IMG/VR virus record: IMGVR_UViG_3300023223_000133
Span: 1-35,957 of that record
Strand: one strand, 5' to 3'
Length of the DNA: 35,957 nt
DNA from: a virus
Shown here: one piece after another, positions 9,265 to 16,380 of the stretch
Position numbering within the stretch: the first letter of the stretch is position 1
Layout: each line of letters starts with the position of its first letter
Position numbers and translations under genes: made by a program
The notes under the pieces: generated by a model
What the model saw: the letters and a program-made list of their open reading frames with translations, nothing else
Databases searched by the model: none
What the model was told of the DNA's origin: nothing

Positions 9265-9570
9265 TCAAGCAGACAGGTTAATTATTTCATCTTCTAGCTT
9301 TTGGCAATACTTCTGCAATGCTATGTGTTCGCTACACCCAATATCATGAGCGTTAAGTTTGAAATGTTTAGCTAGTGCGATAACGTCCCTTTTATAAAGG
9401 TCGATAATTGAACCGCAAAAACCTGAAGATTCAAAATAGTCAGGGTAAGTCAGCTCGACATAATCACCACAATCACTAACTTTATTATCATCTGTAGTAA
9501 ACTTGTGAATTTCAATACCTGCATATTCTGGCGTTATACGACCACTAAATAAATTAACTGATTCTTTCAT
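9265..9570 (-). CDS. Hypothetical protein (101 aa), paralogue of 10234..10458
   Basis: Shares HKF and DVIALAKHFKLNAHDI with the 74-aa protein (DVIALVKHFGLTAEDI). Confidence 0.6.
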   Translation of the reverse strand: MKESVNLFSGRITPEYAGIEIHKFTTDDNKVSDCGDYVELTYPDYFESSGFCGSIIDLYKRDVIALAKHFKLNAHDIGCSEHIALQKYCQKLEDEIINLSA

Positions 9571-9581
9571 GTTATTCTCAC

Positions 9582-9776
9582 TTATTTATAAGGTTTTAAT
9601 TTCTTCTTTACGCGAATAATTGACCACTTAGTAACAAGCTCCTTTGCTCGTTCAATATTCTTCGGATCATTCATAAGCCGCTCAATATCATCTTCATCTT
9701 TACACTTGTATGATATTAATTGTTCAAGCGTTGCCTGTTCAAAATCAGTTAGTGGAAAATCAAAAGATGATTGCAT
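9582..9776 (-). CDS. Hypothetical protein (64 aa)
   Basis: Co-oriented ORF in the tightly packed early operon. No family recognised. Confidence 0.5.
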   Translation of the reverse strand: MQSSFDFPLTDFEQATLEQLISYKCKDEDDIERLMNDPKNIERAKELVTKWSIIRVKKKLKPYK

Positions 9777-9789
9777 TACATTACCCTTA

Positions 9790-10194
9790 CTAGTTATTGA
9801 TGTTATTTAACTTACGACCAGCACGAGTTATTGCGCCTCTTATCTGCCCTAGCTTATTGCCGACAGTACCCATTTCAACCTTTAGCTTTCTGGCATTTAC
9901 ACAGTGTTGACAGCCGTACATGTGCAAGACTTCTTCATAGCTATAACCTTCAGGCCATTGAGCATCACGGTTTAATATATTAACAGCCCGATAAGCCAAG
10001 CCCGGGCAATATTCAATAGCTTTATCAAGTTCATTTAATTTATCGTCACCAGTAAATACCTCACTAAAATCCATATCCTTTTCATTGTGGTTTGATAATT
10101 CAACGCCAATCTTGCGCTTTAAGTCGCGCTTTAAGTCTGAGTAAATAGCGTGTTTTGATAATAGGCTTTCTAACTGATTCATAACATCTCTCAT
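9790..10194 (-). CDS. Hypothetical protein (134 aa)
   Basis: Co-oriented ORF. An alternative start at 10182 (MNQLESL) is possible. No family recognised. Confidence 0.55.
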   Translation of the reverse strand: MRDVMNQLESLLSKHAIYSDLKRDLKRKIGVELSNHNEKDMDFSEVFTGDDKLNELDKAIEYCPGLAYRAVNILNRDAQWPEGYSYEEVLHMYGCQHCVNARKLKVEMGTVGNKLGQIRGAITRAGRKLNNINN

Positions 10195-10233
10195 TAGTTA
10201 ATATTGTAAGCTACTGCTGTTATGCAATAGCTG

Positions 10234-10458
10234 CTATTTGATATCTTCAGCAGTCAATCCAAAATGTTTAACCAGTGCAATAACGTCACCCTTATCTATT
10301 TCAAATCTAACCTCATCCCCATCTTCACGCTCATCTGAATCACTGTAAAAAGCATCTGTAAAATAAATACTTAAATCATCACCTTTCGATGGCTCAAGTG
10401 TATTTAACTCTAATTGCGTATCGCTAAACTTATGCGCTGAAATATCGGTCATCTTCAT
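10234..10458 (-). CDS. Hypothetical acidic protein (74 aa), first gene of the leftward early operon and paralogue of 9265..9570
   Basis: The shared C-terminal motif is given under 9265..9570. A promoter lies immediately upstream. Confidence 0.6.
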   Translation of the reverse strand: MKMTDISAHKFSDTQLELNTLEPSKGDDLSIYFTDAFYSDSDEREDGDEVRFEIDKGDVIALVKHFGLTAEDIK

Positions 10459-10495
10459 TCTCTCTATTGGTTAGTTGTTTGCGTTAGTTGAGTTA

Positions 10496-10523
10496 ACTTT
10501 AGCATGACCATTTAACCTGTCAA
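10496..10523 (-). promoter_or_regulatory. Sigma70-like promoter for the leftward nin-like operon
   Basis: On the minus strand: TTGACA, 16 nt, TAAAGT. Confidence 0.5.
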
Positions 10524-10524
10524 T

Positions 10525-10542
10525 ACAATAATGCAATATTGT
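10525..10542. promoter_or_regulatory. Operator-like inverted repeat ACAATA-atgcaa-TATTGT between divergent promoters
   Basis: A perfect 6-bp inverted repeat. Its centre contains TGCAAT, which is related to the TTGCAAT motif in the other two divergent promoter regions. Confidence 0.45.
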
Positions 10543-10557
10543 TTGTTTAAATATATA

Positions 10558-10586
10558 TTGACGTAAAGAGCGATACGCGCTATTGT
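10558..10586 (+). promoter_or_regulatory. Sigma70-like promoter for the rightward replication operon
   Basis: TTGACG, 17 nt, TATTGT, ending 31 nt upstream of ATG 10618. Confidence 0.45.
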
Positions 10587-10617
10587 TCACTCAGTTTTTA
10601 ATTAAAGGGTTTACAAG

Positions 10618-10857
10618 ATGCAATTACAAGAATTAAAGAAGTTAGTAGAATATGAAGCCGTAGGAACTCTTATGGCTACACAGTACGGTGATGGATGGGT
10701 GCTAATAGCATTAAAGGATGATGAGCAAGAAAAGCCAGCTAGTAATGATTGTGCCTTACAGTTAGCAAGAGGTGGTATCAGAAAGTTTATGACACTTGAT
10801 GCAATAGCGAAGTTAGTTAAAAGTGATTTGTATAATTCTACATTCACTGTTTGCTAG
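10618..10857 (+). CDS. Hypothetical protein (79 aa), first gene of the replication operon
   Basis: ORF directly downstream of the promoter. The antisense ORF 10611..10847 is rejected. No family confidently recognised. Confidence 0.55.
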   Translation: MQLQELKKLVEYEAVGTLMATQYGDGWVLIALKDDEQEKPASNDCALQLARGGIRKFMTLDAIAKLVKSDLYNSTFTVC

Positions 10858-10911
10858 AAATGAAAAAACGCCTTGCAGGGCGCTTAATAAAAGTAACGAG
10901 GTAATTATAAC

Positions 10912-11550
10912 ATGACTAATAAGAAAAAGTCATTTCTGCTACATATTGATAGCTTAGACATTCTTGATGATCTTACAAACGGTCAAGCGGGCGTTCTATT
11001 TAAAGCTATTAAAGCATACCAACATAATGAAGATTTCCCGCTTGATAGCATTGTAAAAGTGGCATTTTCACCATTCAAAAACCAGTTTATTAGGGATGAT
11101 GAAAAATACATTAAAACCTGTGAAAGACGCGCCATTGCTGGCTCTAAAGGTGGTAAGCAAAAGGTAGCAAATGCTAGCAAGTGCAAGCAAGAGTTAGCAA
11201 ACGTAGCAGATAGTAATAATAAGAATAAGAATAAAACAAAGAATAAGAGTGATAATTATAGTAAAGACATATATCAGCAAGTAGCTGATGCATACAATGA
11301 AGTATTCCCACATTTACCTCAAGTGGTGAAAGTTAGCCAGAAAAGAAAGTCTCACATATCAGCAAGCATAACCGAGTTTAAAAAAGATTATGGTTTTGAT
11401 AGCGCAGACAATTGGAAGAATTTATTTTACCATGCTGCAAAAAGCGATTACCTTATGGGGAAAGTAAACGGTTGGTCAATGAACTTTGACTTCGTGATAA
11501 ACAAAGCTAACTTATTAAAAATAATTGAAGGGAATTACGACAATGCTTAA
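10912..11550 (+). CDS. Replisome organiser / replication initiation-associated protein (Phg_2220_C-type C-terminus)
   Basis: The C-terminal WKNLFYHAAKSDYLMGKVNGWSMNFDFVINKANLLKIIEGNY matches the conserved phage C-terminus found in DnaD-like replication proteins. It lies directly upstream of, and overlaps, the DnaB gene. Confidence 0.65.
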   Translation: MTNKKKSFLLHIDSLDILDDLTNGQAGVLFKAIKAYQHNEDFPLDSIVKVAFSPFKNQFIRDDEKYIKTCERRAIAGSKGGKQKVANASKCKQELANVADSNNKNKNKTKNKSDNYSKDIYQQVADAYNEVFPHLPQVVKVSQKRKSHISASITEFKKDYGFDSADNWKNLFYHAAKSDYLMGKVNGWSMNFDFVINKANLLKIIEGNYDNA

Positions 11551-12922
11551 AGAACTACCGAGTAACCTAAATGCTGAAAAGGCGATACTAGGTGCGTTAC
11601 TAACAGACTGTAATAACGACATGTGCCGACAAGCTTTGGATATGATGGATTCATCAGCATTCTTTCTGCAAAGCAATCGCGTAATATTTGACACTATTAA
11701 AAACATGGCTGAAAATAAATTAACTGTTGATCCGATAACCGTAACCGAGAAGCTAAAGACGGATGGCAATGAAAGCATATCAGGCGGTTATTTTTATATA
11801 TCTGAGCTACCAAGGTCAGTAACTAGTTTGGCGCTTACACTGGTTCACGTTAACCTGGTAAACAAAACAGCCACCACAAGAGAGATAATAGCCACAGCTC
11901 AAAAGGCAATCGAACACTCTGAAAACCTAGAACCATCAGAATTAATTGAGATGATCGAGTCTCATTTAAAAACAATAACCTCAAAAGATACCGGCAAAGA
12001 AGCAAGCCACATATCAGACTTTGGTGACGGTTGGGCTGATGACCTAGATGAAAAAACAAGAAGGGAAAGCTCTATAAGCGGATTAGAGACAGGAATCGCC
12101 GAACTCGATGAAAGACTATCGGGTTTTGATTTAGAGGGCTTAATTGTTCTTGCAGGTCGCCCTAGCATGGGTAAAACGCTATTTGCTCAGACAATTCTTG
12201 ATAATGTTGGCGGTTTAGCACAAAAAGACTGTATGTTTTTCTCAATGGAAATGAGTGAGAAACAGGTTTATGAAAGATTCGTATCAAAGGCTTCAGGTGT
12301 TTGCCCTAAGAAAATCAGAAGCGGTAAAGGTTTAAATAATGAAGATTGGGGTAGGCTCACTACAGGCGTTTCTGCTGTAAATAATAGTAAGATTTACGTT
12401 GATACTGATGCAAGGTTATCAGTTGGGCAAATTAGAGCGAGAGTCAGAAGGCAGGTATCTAAAAAAGGATATTTAAGTTTGATTGTTATTGATTACCTTG
12501 GGCTAATGTCAAAACCTAAAGCAGACAGAAATGATATTGCTATTGGCGAGATAACAAGCTCACTAAAAAGCTTAGCTAAAGAAATTAAAACACCAATACT
12601 CTTACTTGTGCAAGGTAGTCGTAGTATGGATAAAGGCGGCAGACCTGTAATGAGTGACCTAAAAGACTCAAGTTCAATTGAAGCTGATGCAGATGTGGTT
12701 TTATTTGTCCATCGTCAAGAGGTTTTAGATCCCGATACTGAGTTAAAAGGGGTGACAGAATTGATTATCGCTAAAGATCGACACAACGATGGTAACGGAA
12801 CTATATACCTATCTAAAATGAATGGCGGCTTTGGTGAGTTAAGCATTCAAGAAGTTGCAGAAATGACGCAACGAGAAGAAGCTAAGAAGATGCCACAGCA
12901 ACGCGGCTACGCAAGGAAATAA
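11543..12922 (+). CDS. dnaB: Replicative DNA helicase DnaB
   Basis: N-terminal NAEKAILGALL, Walker A GRPSMGKT, Walker B LIVIDYLGLM, and SDLKDSSSIEADADVVLFVHR. ATG 11543 follows GAAGGGAA, whereas the track start 11525 is a TTG. Confidence 0.9.
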   Translation: MLKELPSNLNAEKAILGALLTDCNNDMCRQALDMMDSSAFFLQSNRVIFDTIKNMAENKLTVDPITVTEKLKTDGNESISGGYFYISELPRSVTSLALTLVHVNLVNKTATTREIIATAQKAIEHSENLEPSELIEMIESHLKTITSKDTGKEASHISDFGDGWADDLDEKTRRESSISGLETGIAELDERLSGFDLEGLIVLAGRPSMGKTLFAQTILDNVGGLAQKDCMFFSMEMSEKQVYERFVSKASGVCPKKIRSGKGLNNEDWGRLTTGVSAVNNSKIYVDTDARLSVGQIRARVRRQVSKKGYLSLIVIDYLGLMSKPKADRNDIAIGEITSSLKSLAKEIKTPILLLVQGSRSMDKGGRPVMSDLKDSSSIEADADVVLFVHRQEVLDPDTELKGVTELIIAKDRHNDGNGTIYLSKMNGGFGELSIQEVAEMTQREEAKKMPQQRGYARK

Positions 12923-12923
12923 T

Positions 12924-13151
12924 ATGTATAACGACAACAGAATGGAAATAGAAAAGCAGTTTAAAAATGACATGGGCTTCACCATTGCTGAAGCCGAAAT
13001 TAAATTGAGAGGTATAAAAAGAAATAGCGATGAATTGTACGGGCTGAGATGTTCACTTAATGGTTTTTGCTCAACTACAAATGTAAAAATAAATCTAACA
13101 GGTGATGACAGATTAATCGTACAAGCAAGGATAGACGAATTAGAGCAGTAA
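12924..13151 (+). CDS. Hypothetical protein (75 aa)
   Basis: Starts 1 nt after the dnaB stop. No family recognised. Confidence 0.5.
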   Translation: MYNDNRMEIEKQFKNDMGFTIAEAEIKLRGIKRNSDELYGLRCSLNGFCSTTNVKINLTGDDRLIVQARIDELEQ

Positions 13152-13208
13152 CCGTGTCTAAGTGATACCTATGAAAAAAATAAATGTAAATAACAAAGGG
13201 ATTATAAA

Positions 13209-13394
13209 ATGATATTCAAATACTACACAGCTGAGTTAATTATGTTGAACGGCGAAAAACTAGAAGTACCGTCAATTACTATACAAACATGGTTCTTTCG
13301 TAATCCAATAAATGCAGTTGATATGATGAAAAATCAACTTGAGGCATGGGGCATTACTAATCATAGAATAATTAACTTGCGCAGAATCAAATAA
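13209..13394 (+). CDS. Hypothetical protein (61 aa)
   Basis: AAGGGA RBS upstream of the ATG. No family recognised. Confidence 0.45.
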   Translation: MIFKYYTAELIMLNGEKLEVPSITIQTWFFRNPINAVDMMKNQLEAWGITNHRIINLRRIK

Positions 13395-13420
13395 CACTAA
13401 CTATTTAAAGAGGGTAAGCA

Positions 13421-13615
13421 ATGAATCAAAAACACTTGGTAAGCAATCTTCTAGATTGTATTGAAAATGAAATGTATACATTGGAAGGATCTAACGATGC
13501 TCAAAGGCAAGATGTGCATATGCGAAAAGAGGCTAAAAAAGCACTTAGAGAATTATTGCCAACAGTACAATCCGTAATATTAAAGCACTTTAATAACGGG
13601 CAATTTAACACCTAA
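13421..13615 (+). CDS. Hypothetical protein (64 aa)
   Basis: AGAGGG RBS upstream of the ATG. No family recognised. Confidence 0.45.
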   Translation: MNQKHLVSNLLDCIENEMYTLEGSNDAQRQDVHMRKEAKKALRELLPTVQSVILKHFNNGQFNT

Positions 13616-13635
13616 TAAACATATAAAGGAAAACA

Positions 13636-13737
13636 ATGAAACACTACGCAAAACAGATTAAAGAAAACGAAACTAAACTAGCGGCGGCGATGGAAGTAGG
13701 CGAGGATGAACAAGCCAAGACTTCAAGCTGCCATTGA
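13636..13737 (+). CDS. Small coiled-coil ORF (33 aa), apparently interrupted by a +1 frame change (the continuation ends at 13771)
   Basis: AAGGAAAA RBS. MKHYAKQIKENETKLAAAMEVGEDEQAKTSSCH stops at 13735-13737. The next frame continues sensibly as LQAAIDDYKQMQKQVK. Confidence 0.35.
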   Translation: MKHYAKQIKENETKLAAAMEVGEDEQAKTSSCH

Positions 13738-13813
13738 TGATTATAAGCAAATGCAAAAACAGGTTAAATAAACATGATATACTAACTACGCAAACAGGAT
13801 TACCCGACAAACC

Positions 13814-13841
13814 AAAAAGCTATCATCGCGATAGCTTTTTT
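13814..13841 (+). terminator. Rho-independent terminator ending the replication operon
   Basis: aaaaagctatc-atcgc-gatagcttttt followed by t. The A-run/T-run symmetry makes it potentially bidirectional. Confidence 0.75.
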
Positions 13842-13856
13842 ATTGGGTGAAATATA

Positions 13857-13960
13857 GCTAGAATTTTCTGTGAATTTTTCGCAACACGTTGAGCTCACTT
13901 TAAACTATTGATTTAACTTATAATTTTACTGTGAAAATACGCTAGAATTTCTGTGTGAAA
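13857..13960. repeat. Iteron-like direct repeats in an untranscribed AT-rich gap
   Basis: GCTAGAATTTTCTGTGAA (13857-13874) and GCTAGAATTTCTGTGTGAAA (13941-13960) are 84 bp apart, with a third CTGTGAAAA core at about 13930. Terminators bracket the gap on both sides. Confidence 0.6.
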
Positions 13961-13970
13961 ATTTGGCAAT

Positions 13971-14000
13971 AAAAAAGACCGCTATAACTGCGGCCTTTTT
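13971..14000 (-). terminator. Rho-independent terminator ending the leftward 16140->14044 operon
   Basis: On the minus strand: aaaaaggccgc-agttata-gcggtctttttt (one mismatch in the stem, strong T-run). Confidence 0.6.
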
Positions 14001-14043
14001 AATTTAATATTCAAGTATGTTACATATAATCTATAACAAGTAA

Positions 14044-14400
14044 TCAACCATTGTTAGCATCCTCTCTAAGTCCTGCAATTATAGCATCTAAGCAATTAAA
14101 GCAATCTACACCTCTAGTAAGCCCTTTTATTCTTCTGTTAGCAAACTCTATAGTATCAGCTTTAACTTTATTATGTAAAGCTACACAGTCAGGACAGTCC
14201 ATTGAGTCAAATATATTGCCAACCATTCCATGACCATCACACATTTGGCAAACACGCTTACGATAACCATCAACCTCATTAGTTAACGCTTTGTTTTCAG
14301 CATGTAGCATTTTATTTTCCGCTATAGTATCAAGCGCCTTTTTCTGGAATGAATTAGATGACTCTACCCATTTTATTAATTGAATTTCATCGTCTTTCAT
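14044..14400 (-). CDS. Coiled-coil protein with a DnaJ-type CxxCxGxG zinc motif (118 aa)
   Basis: CQMCDGHG ... CPDC, with an N-terminal heptad-like region. Confidence 0.55.
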   Translation of the reverse strand: MKDDEIQLIKWVESSNSFQKKALDTIAENKMLHAENKALTNEVDGYRKRVCQMCDGHGMVGNIFDSMDCPDCVALHNKVKADTIEFANRRIKGLTRGVDCFNCLDAIIAGLREDANNG

Positions 14401-14860
14401 TATTCGCCCCTTGCTTTAGATTTCTGTGTAATTCCAAATGATGCTTTCTGCATAACCATCTAACATCAATTGGCTTGTCGTAATCATCGTGATGCGCGTC
14501 TACTTTCTTACATCCGCAAACCTCGCAATCACCCCTTATCAATCTACCACTTTTAATTTCCGCCCTTGCCTTTCTTCTTGCTTTTTCCTTATAAAGATTT
14601 ATAGGGTCTTTCATTCTTTCGTAAAAGCCAGCCAAAGCCCTTTTCTTTACCTCTGGTCTTTTTGAGTACTCGATCTGGTAATTTACATGGTACTCTCTAC
14701 CCATTGCTACCCCACTAACAGGAAGTCCTTTGCTCTTCCTTTTGTTCCTGTTACTAATCCCCTCGGTCTTTCTGCATGGTTTGCATATGTAGTTCCTTTT
14801 CTTTATGGCTGATTCGCTTGGGTTGTATATATCGCCGCAAACCCTGCAAGTGTGACTCAT
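14387..14860 (-). CDS. HNH-like zinc-binding protein (157 aa)
   Basis: The C-terminal CEVCGCKKVDAHHDDYDKPIDVRWLCRKHHLELH matches the AHHxDYxKPLxVxWLC..CH motif common in phage HNH-type proteins. The N-terminus has CRVC...CKPC. Confidence 0.65.
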   Translation of the reverse strand: MSHTCRVCGDIYNPSESAIKKRNYICKPCRKTEGISNRNKRKSKGLPVSGVAMGREYHVNYQIEYSKRPEVKKRALAGFYERMKDPINLYKEKARRKARAEIKSGRLIRGDCEVCGCKKVDAHHDDYDKPIDVRWLCRKHHLELHRNLKQGANNERR

Positions 14861-15120
14861 ATATCACCACGGGCCTTGGCCAGTAAATTATCAATATAAC
14901 TTGCTTGGTGGTTATCTCTAAATACTGCGCTTTTTGATAGTGATAGTAGAGCTAGATACATATCAGGAGCAGCAGCTATTAAATGTGCGTTGGCTTTGTT
15001 GTTGCCGTAATAATCTAAGTCACAAACTCGACTACTTTTAGTGGTATCCATTAGCGAGGATACACTGTAAGACCCTCTACTCATCCCGACTTGCCACTTA
15101 CCTTTAGTAAATTCAGTCAT
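14857..15120 (-). CDS. Hypothetical protein with a conserved phage motif ANAHLIAAAPDMY (87 aa)
   Basis: The motif is widespread in phage hypothetical proteins, from memory. ATGA coupling. Confidence 0.55.
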   Translation of the reverse strand: MTEFTKGKWQVGMSRGSYSVSSLMDTTKSSRVCDLDYYGNNKANAHLIAAAPDMYLALLSLSKSAVFRDNHQASYIDNLLAKARGDI

Positions 15121-15350
15121 TAGTGATTGCCTTGTAAGTCATATTGGTCAAAGTAAGTCGCACTATCAACATCAGCAGCTAATATAGCATCCTCTTTATC
15201 ATTCATATGAGTACGAACCTCTGCTGCATACTTACCATGTGAGCTGGACATATGCGTATTACGTTTAGTATTCGCGCCAGCATTAATTATTTTTAAGCAA
15301 TTACTTAATGTATCGTTATTGTTTAAGTGGCATTCTTTTGATTCGTTCAT
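15120..15350 (-). CDS. Hypothetical protein (76 aa)
   Basis: TAATG coupling on both sides. Confidence 0.5.
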   Translation of the reverse strand: MNESKECHLNNNDTLSNCLKIINAGANTKRNTHMSSSHGKYAAEVRTHMNDKEDAILAADVDSATYFDQYDLQGNH

Positions 15351-15940
15351 TATGATTTAACCTCTAGTAATTGAATGTTAGTACAGTGAATAGGGTTGAA
15401 GGTGTGGTTATCAAACTGAAACTTACCGATAAATTCGTTATATCTCATTGCTACGTTATTCATGCCGGATGAACCATTGTGATAATCAAACTGATAAGCC
15501 TTACCATCTATTAGCTCTATAGGTGGGGTTAGTGGTTTAAATTTAAGGTGTGTATTTGATTGTGAATATTCAGTACCACCATGAACCCAAACAGTATTAC
15601 TTATACCAACGAATGATATTACACCTTTGTAATACTCATCATTATAGGCGTCATCCCTAATCAAGCACTCCATACCTACTATCGGCATTACTCCGTTAAC
15701 AGACATTATTTGCGTGTATATGGGTGTAACTGGCTTAATCCATTCCGCTTTACTCATTTCCTCTACGCATTGATTGAATTTTTCAACGGTGAAAGATGTT
15801 ACTGAATTACCTTTTTGGTAGTCAGCATCGTTACTATAAAACCCATAGCCATTTGCACCTGAAACGTAATACATTACAAGTGAGTTACTGTAAGGCCAAA
15901 CAGATTCGAGCTTATTTATCGCGTCTACTAATTTACTCAT
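15350..15940 (-). CDS. Hypothetical protein (196 aa)
   Basis: Coupled ORF in the early operon. No family recognised. Confidence 0.6.
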   Translation of the reverse strand: MSKLVDAINKLESVWPYSNSLVMYYVSGANGYGFYSNDADYQKGNSVTSFTVEKFNQCVEEMSKAEWIKPVTPIYTQIMSVNGVMPIVGMECLIRDDAYNDEYYKGVISFVGISNTVWVHGGTEYSQSNTHLKFKPLTPPIELIDGKAYQFDYHNGSSGMNNVAMRYNEFIGKFQFDNHTFNPIHCTNIQLLEVKS

Positions 15941-16140
15941 TATCCTTCTCCCTTAGTGAAATCAATATTCACATTTAAAAATATACAAACCGATTTAAGG
16001 TCATTGTATCGACATGTACCATCATCCTTTAGTATACGTCTAACTATGTAAGTACTAACGCCACAGCCATCACTTAGCTCGACTGCTCCGACAATACCTT
16101 TATCAACCATTGCTTTTTTCAATACGTTTGCAAACTTCAT
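15940..16140 (-). CDS. XRE/Cro-type helix-turn-helix transcriptional regulator (66 aa)
   Basis: LKKAMVDKGIVGAVELSDGCGVSTYIVRRILKD...LKSVCIFLNVNID fits the XRE HTH layout. It is the first gene after a divergent promoter region containing palindromic operators. Confidence 0.7.
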   Translation of the reverse strand: MKFANVLKKAMVDKGIVGAVELSDGCGVSTYIVRRILKDDGTCRYNDLKSVCIFLNVNIDFTKGEG

Positions 16141-16183
16141 TTTATGCCTCTTATTTATAGTGGTGTGTTACTTGATGCAGTAA

Positions 16184-16211
16184 TATTATAACTAAATGGC
16201 AAGGATTGCAA
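16184..16211 (-). promoter_or_regulatory. Sigma70-like promoter for the leftward early operon
   Basis: On the minus strand: TTGCAA, 16 nt, TATAAT. Confidence 0.55.
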
Positions 16212-16226
16212 ATTAAAGCTTGCAAT
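16205..16226. promoter_or_regulatory. Operator-like perfect inverted repeat ATTGCAA-N8-TTGCAAT
   Basis: Each arm supplies the TTGCAA -35 hexamer of one of the two back-to-back promoters. Confidence 0.6.
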
Positions 16227-16247
16227 AGTTATTTATTAGTCTAGTAT
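16220..16247 (+). promoter_or_regulatory. Sigma70-like rightward promoter (module A)
   Basis: TTGCAA, 16 nt, TAGTAT. Confidence 0.45.
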
Positions 16248-16253
16248 TAACCA

Positions 16254-16358
16254 CTCAAGAGGAATGATGATTTAAAACAACTGGAGGAATTGATTATGTA
16301 ACGCAAGGGTAACGCCCTAGAGATTCACAACCTCCCACCCGCTTAATTGCGGGTTTCT
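16254..16358 (+). ncRNA. Candidate short terminated leader transcript / sRNA (module A)
   Basis: The predicted start lies about 7 nt after the -10. The transcript contains GGAGG (16283-16287), then an ATG-TAA start-stop pair 8 nt later (16296-16301). It also contains a CCTCC (16331-16335) able to pair with the GGAGG, and ends in an intrinsic terminator. Confidence 0.3.
16337..16358 (+). terminator. Intrinsic terminator-like hairpin inside the early rightward leader
   Basis: acccgc-ttaatt-gcgggt followed by ttct. Confidence 0.5.
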
Positions 16359-16380
16359 GGGTAGTAGAGTATGTATATTT

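Noticed and set aside
10611-10847. 78-aa minus-strand ORF mirroring 10618..10857
   Set aside because: The promoter geometry (TTGACG-17-TATTGT) and the downstream co-oriented replication genes support the plus-strand ORF. The minus ORF would start inside the plus operon with no promoter or RBS.
10861-10885. Possible terminator after the 79-aa gene (aaaaaacgccttgcagggcgctt)
   Set aside because: The stem is only 4-5 bp including a wobble, and there is no T-tract. That is too weak to call.
11515-12168. Minus-strand ORFs 11515..11778, 11850..12059 and 11962..12168, and 10983..11186
   Set aside because: They are antisense to dnaB and the replisome-organiser gene, both of which have strong motif support.
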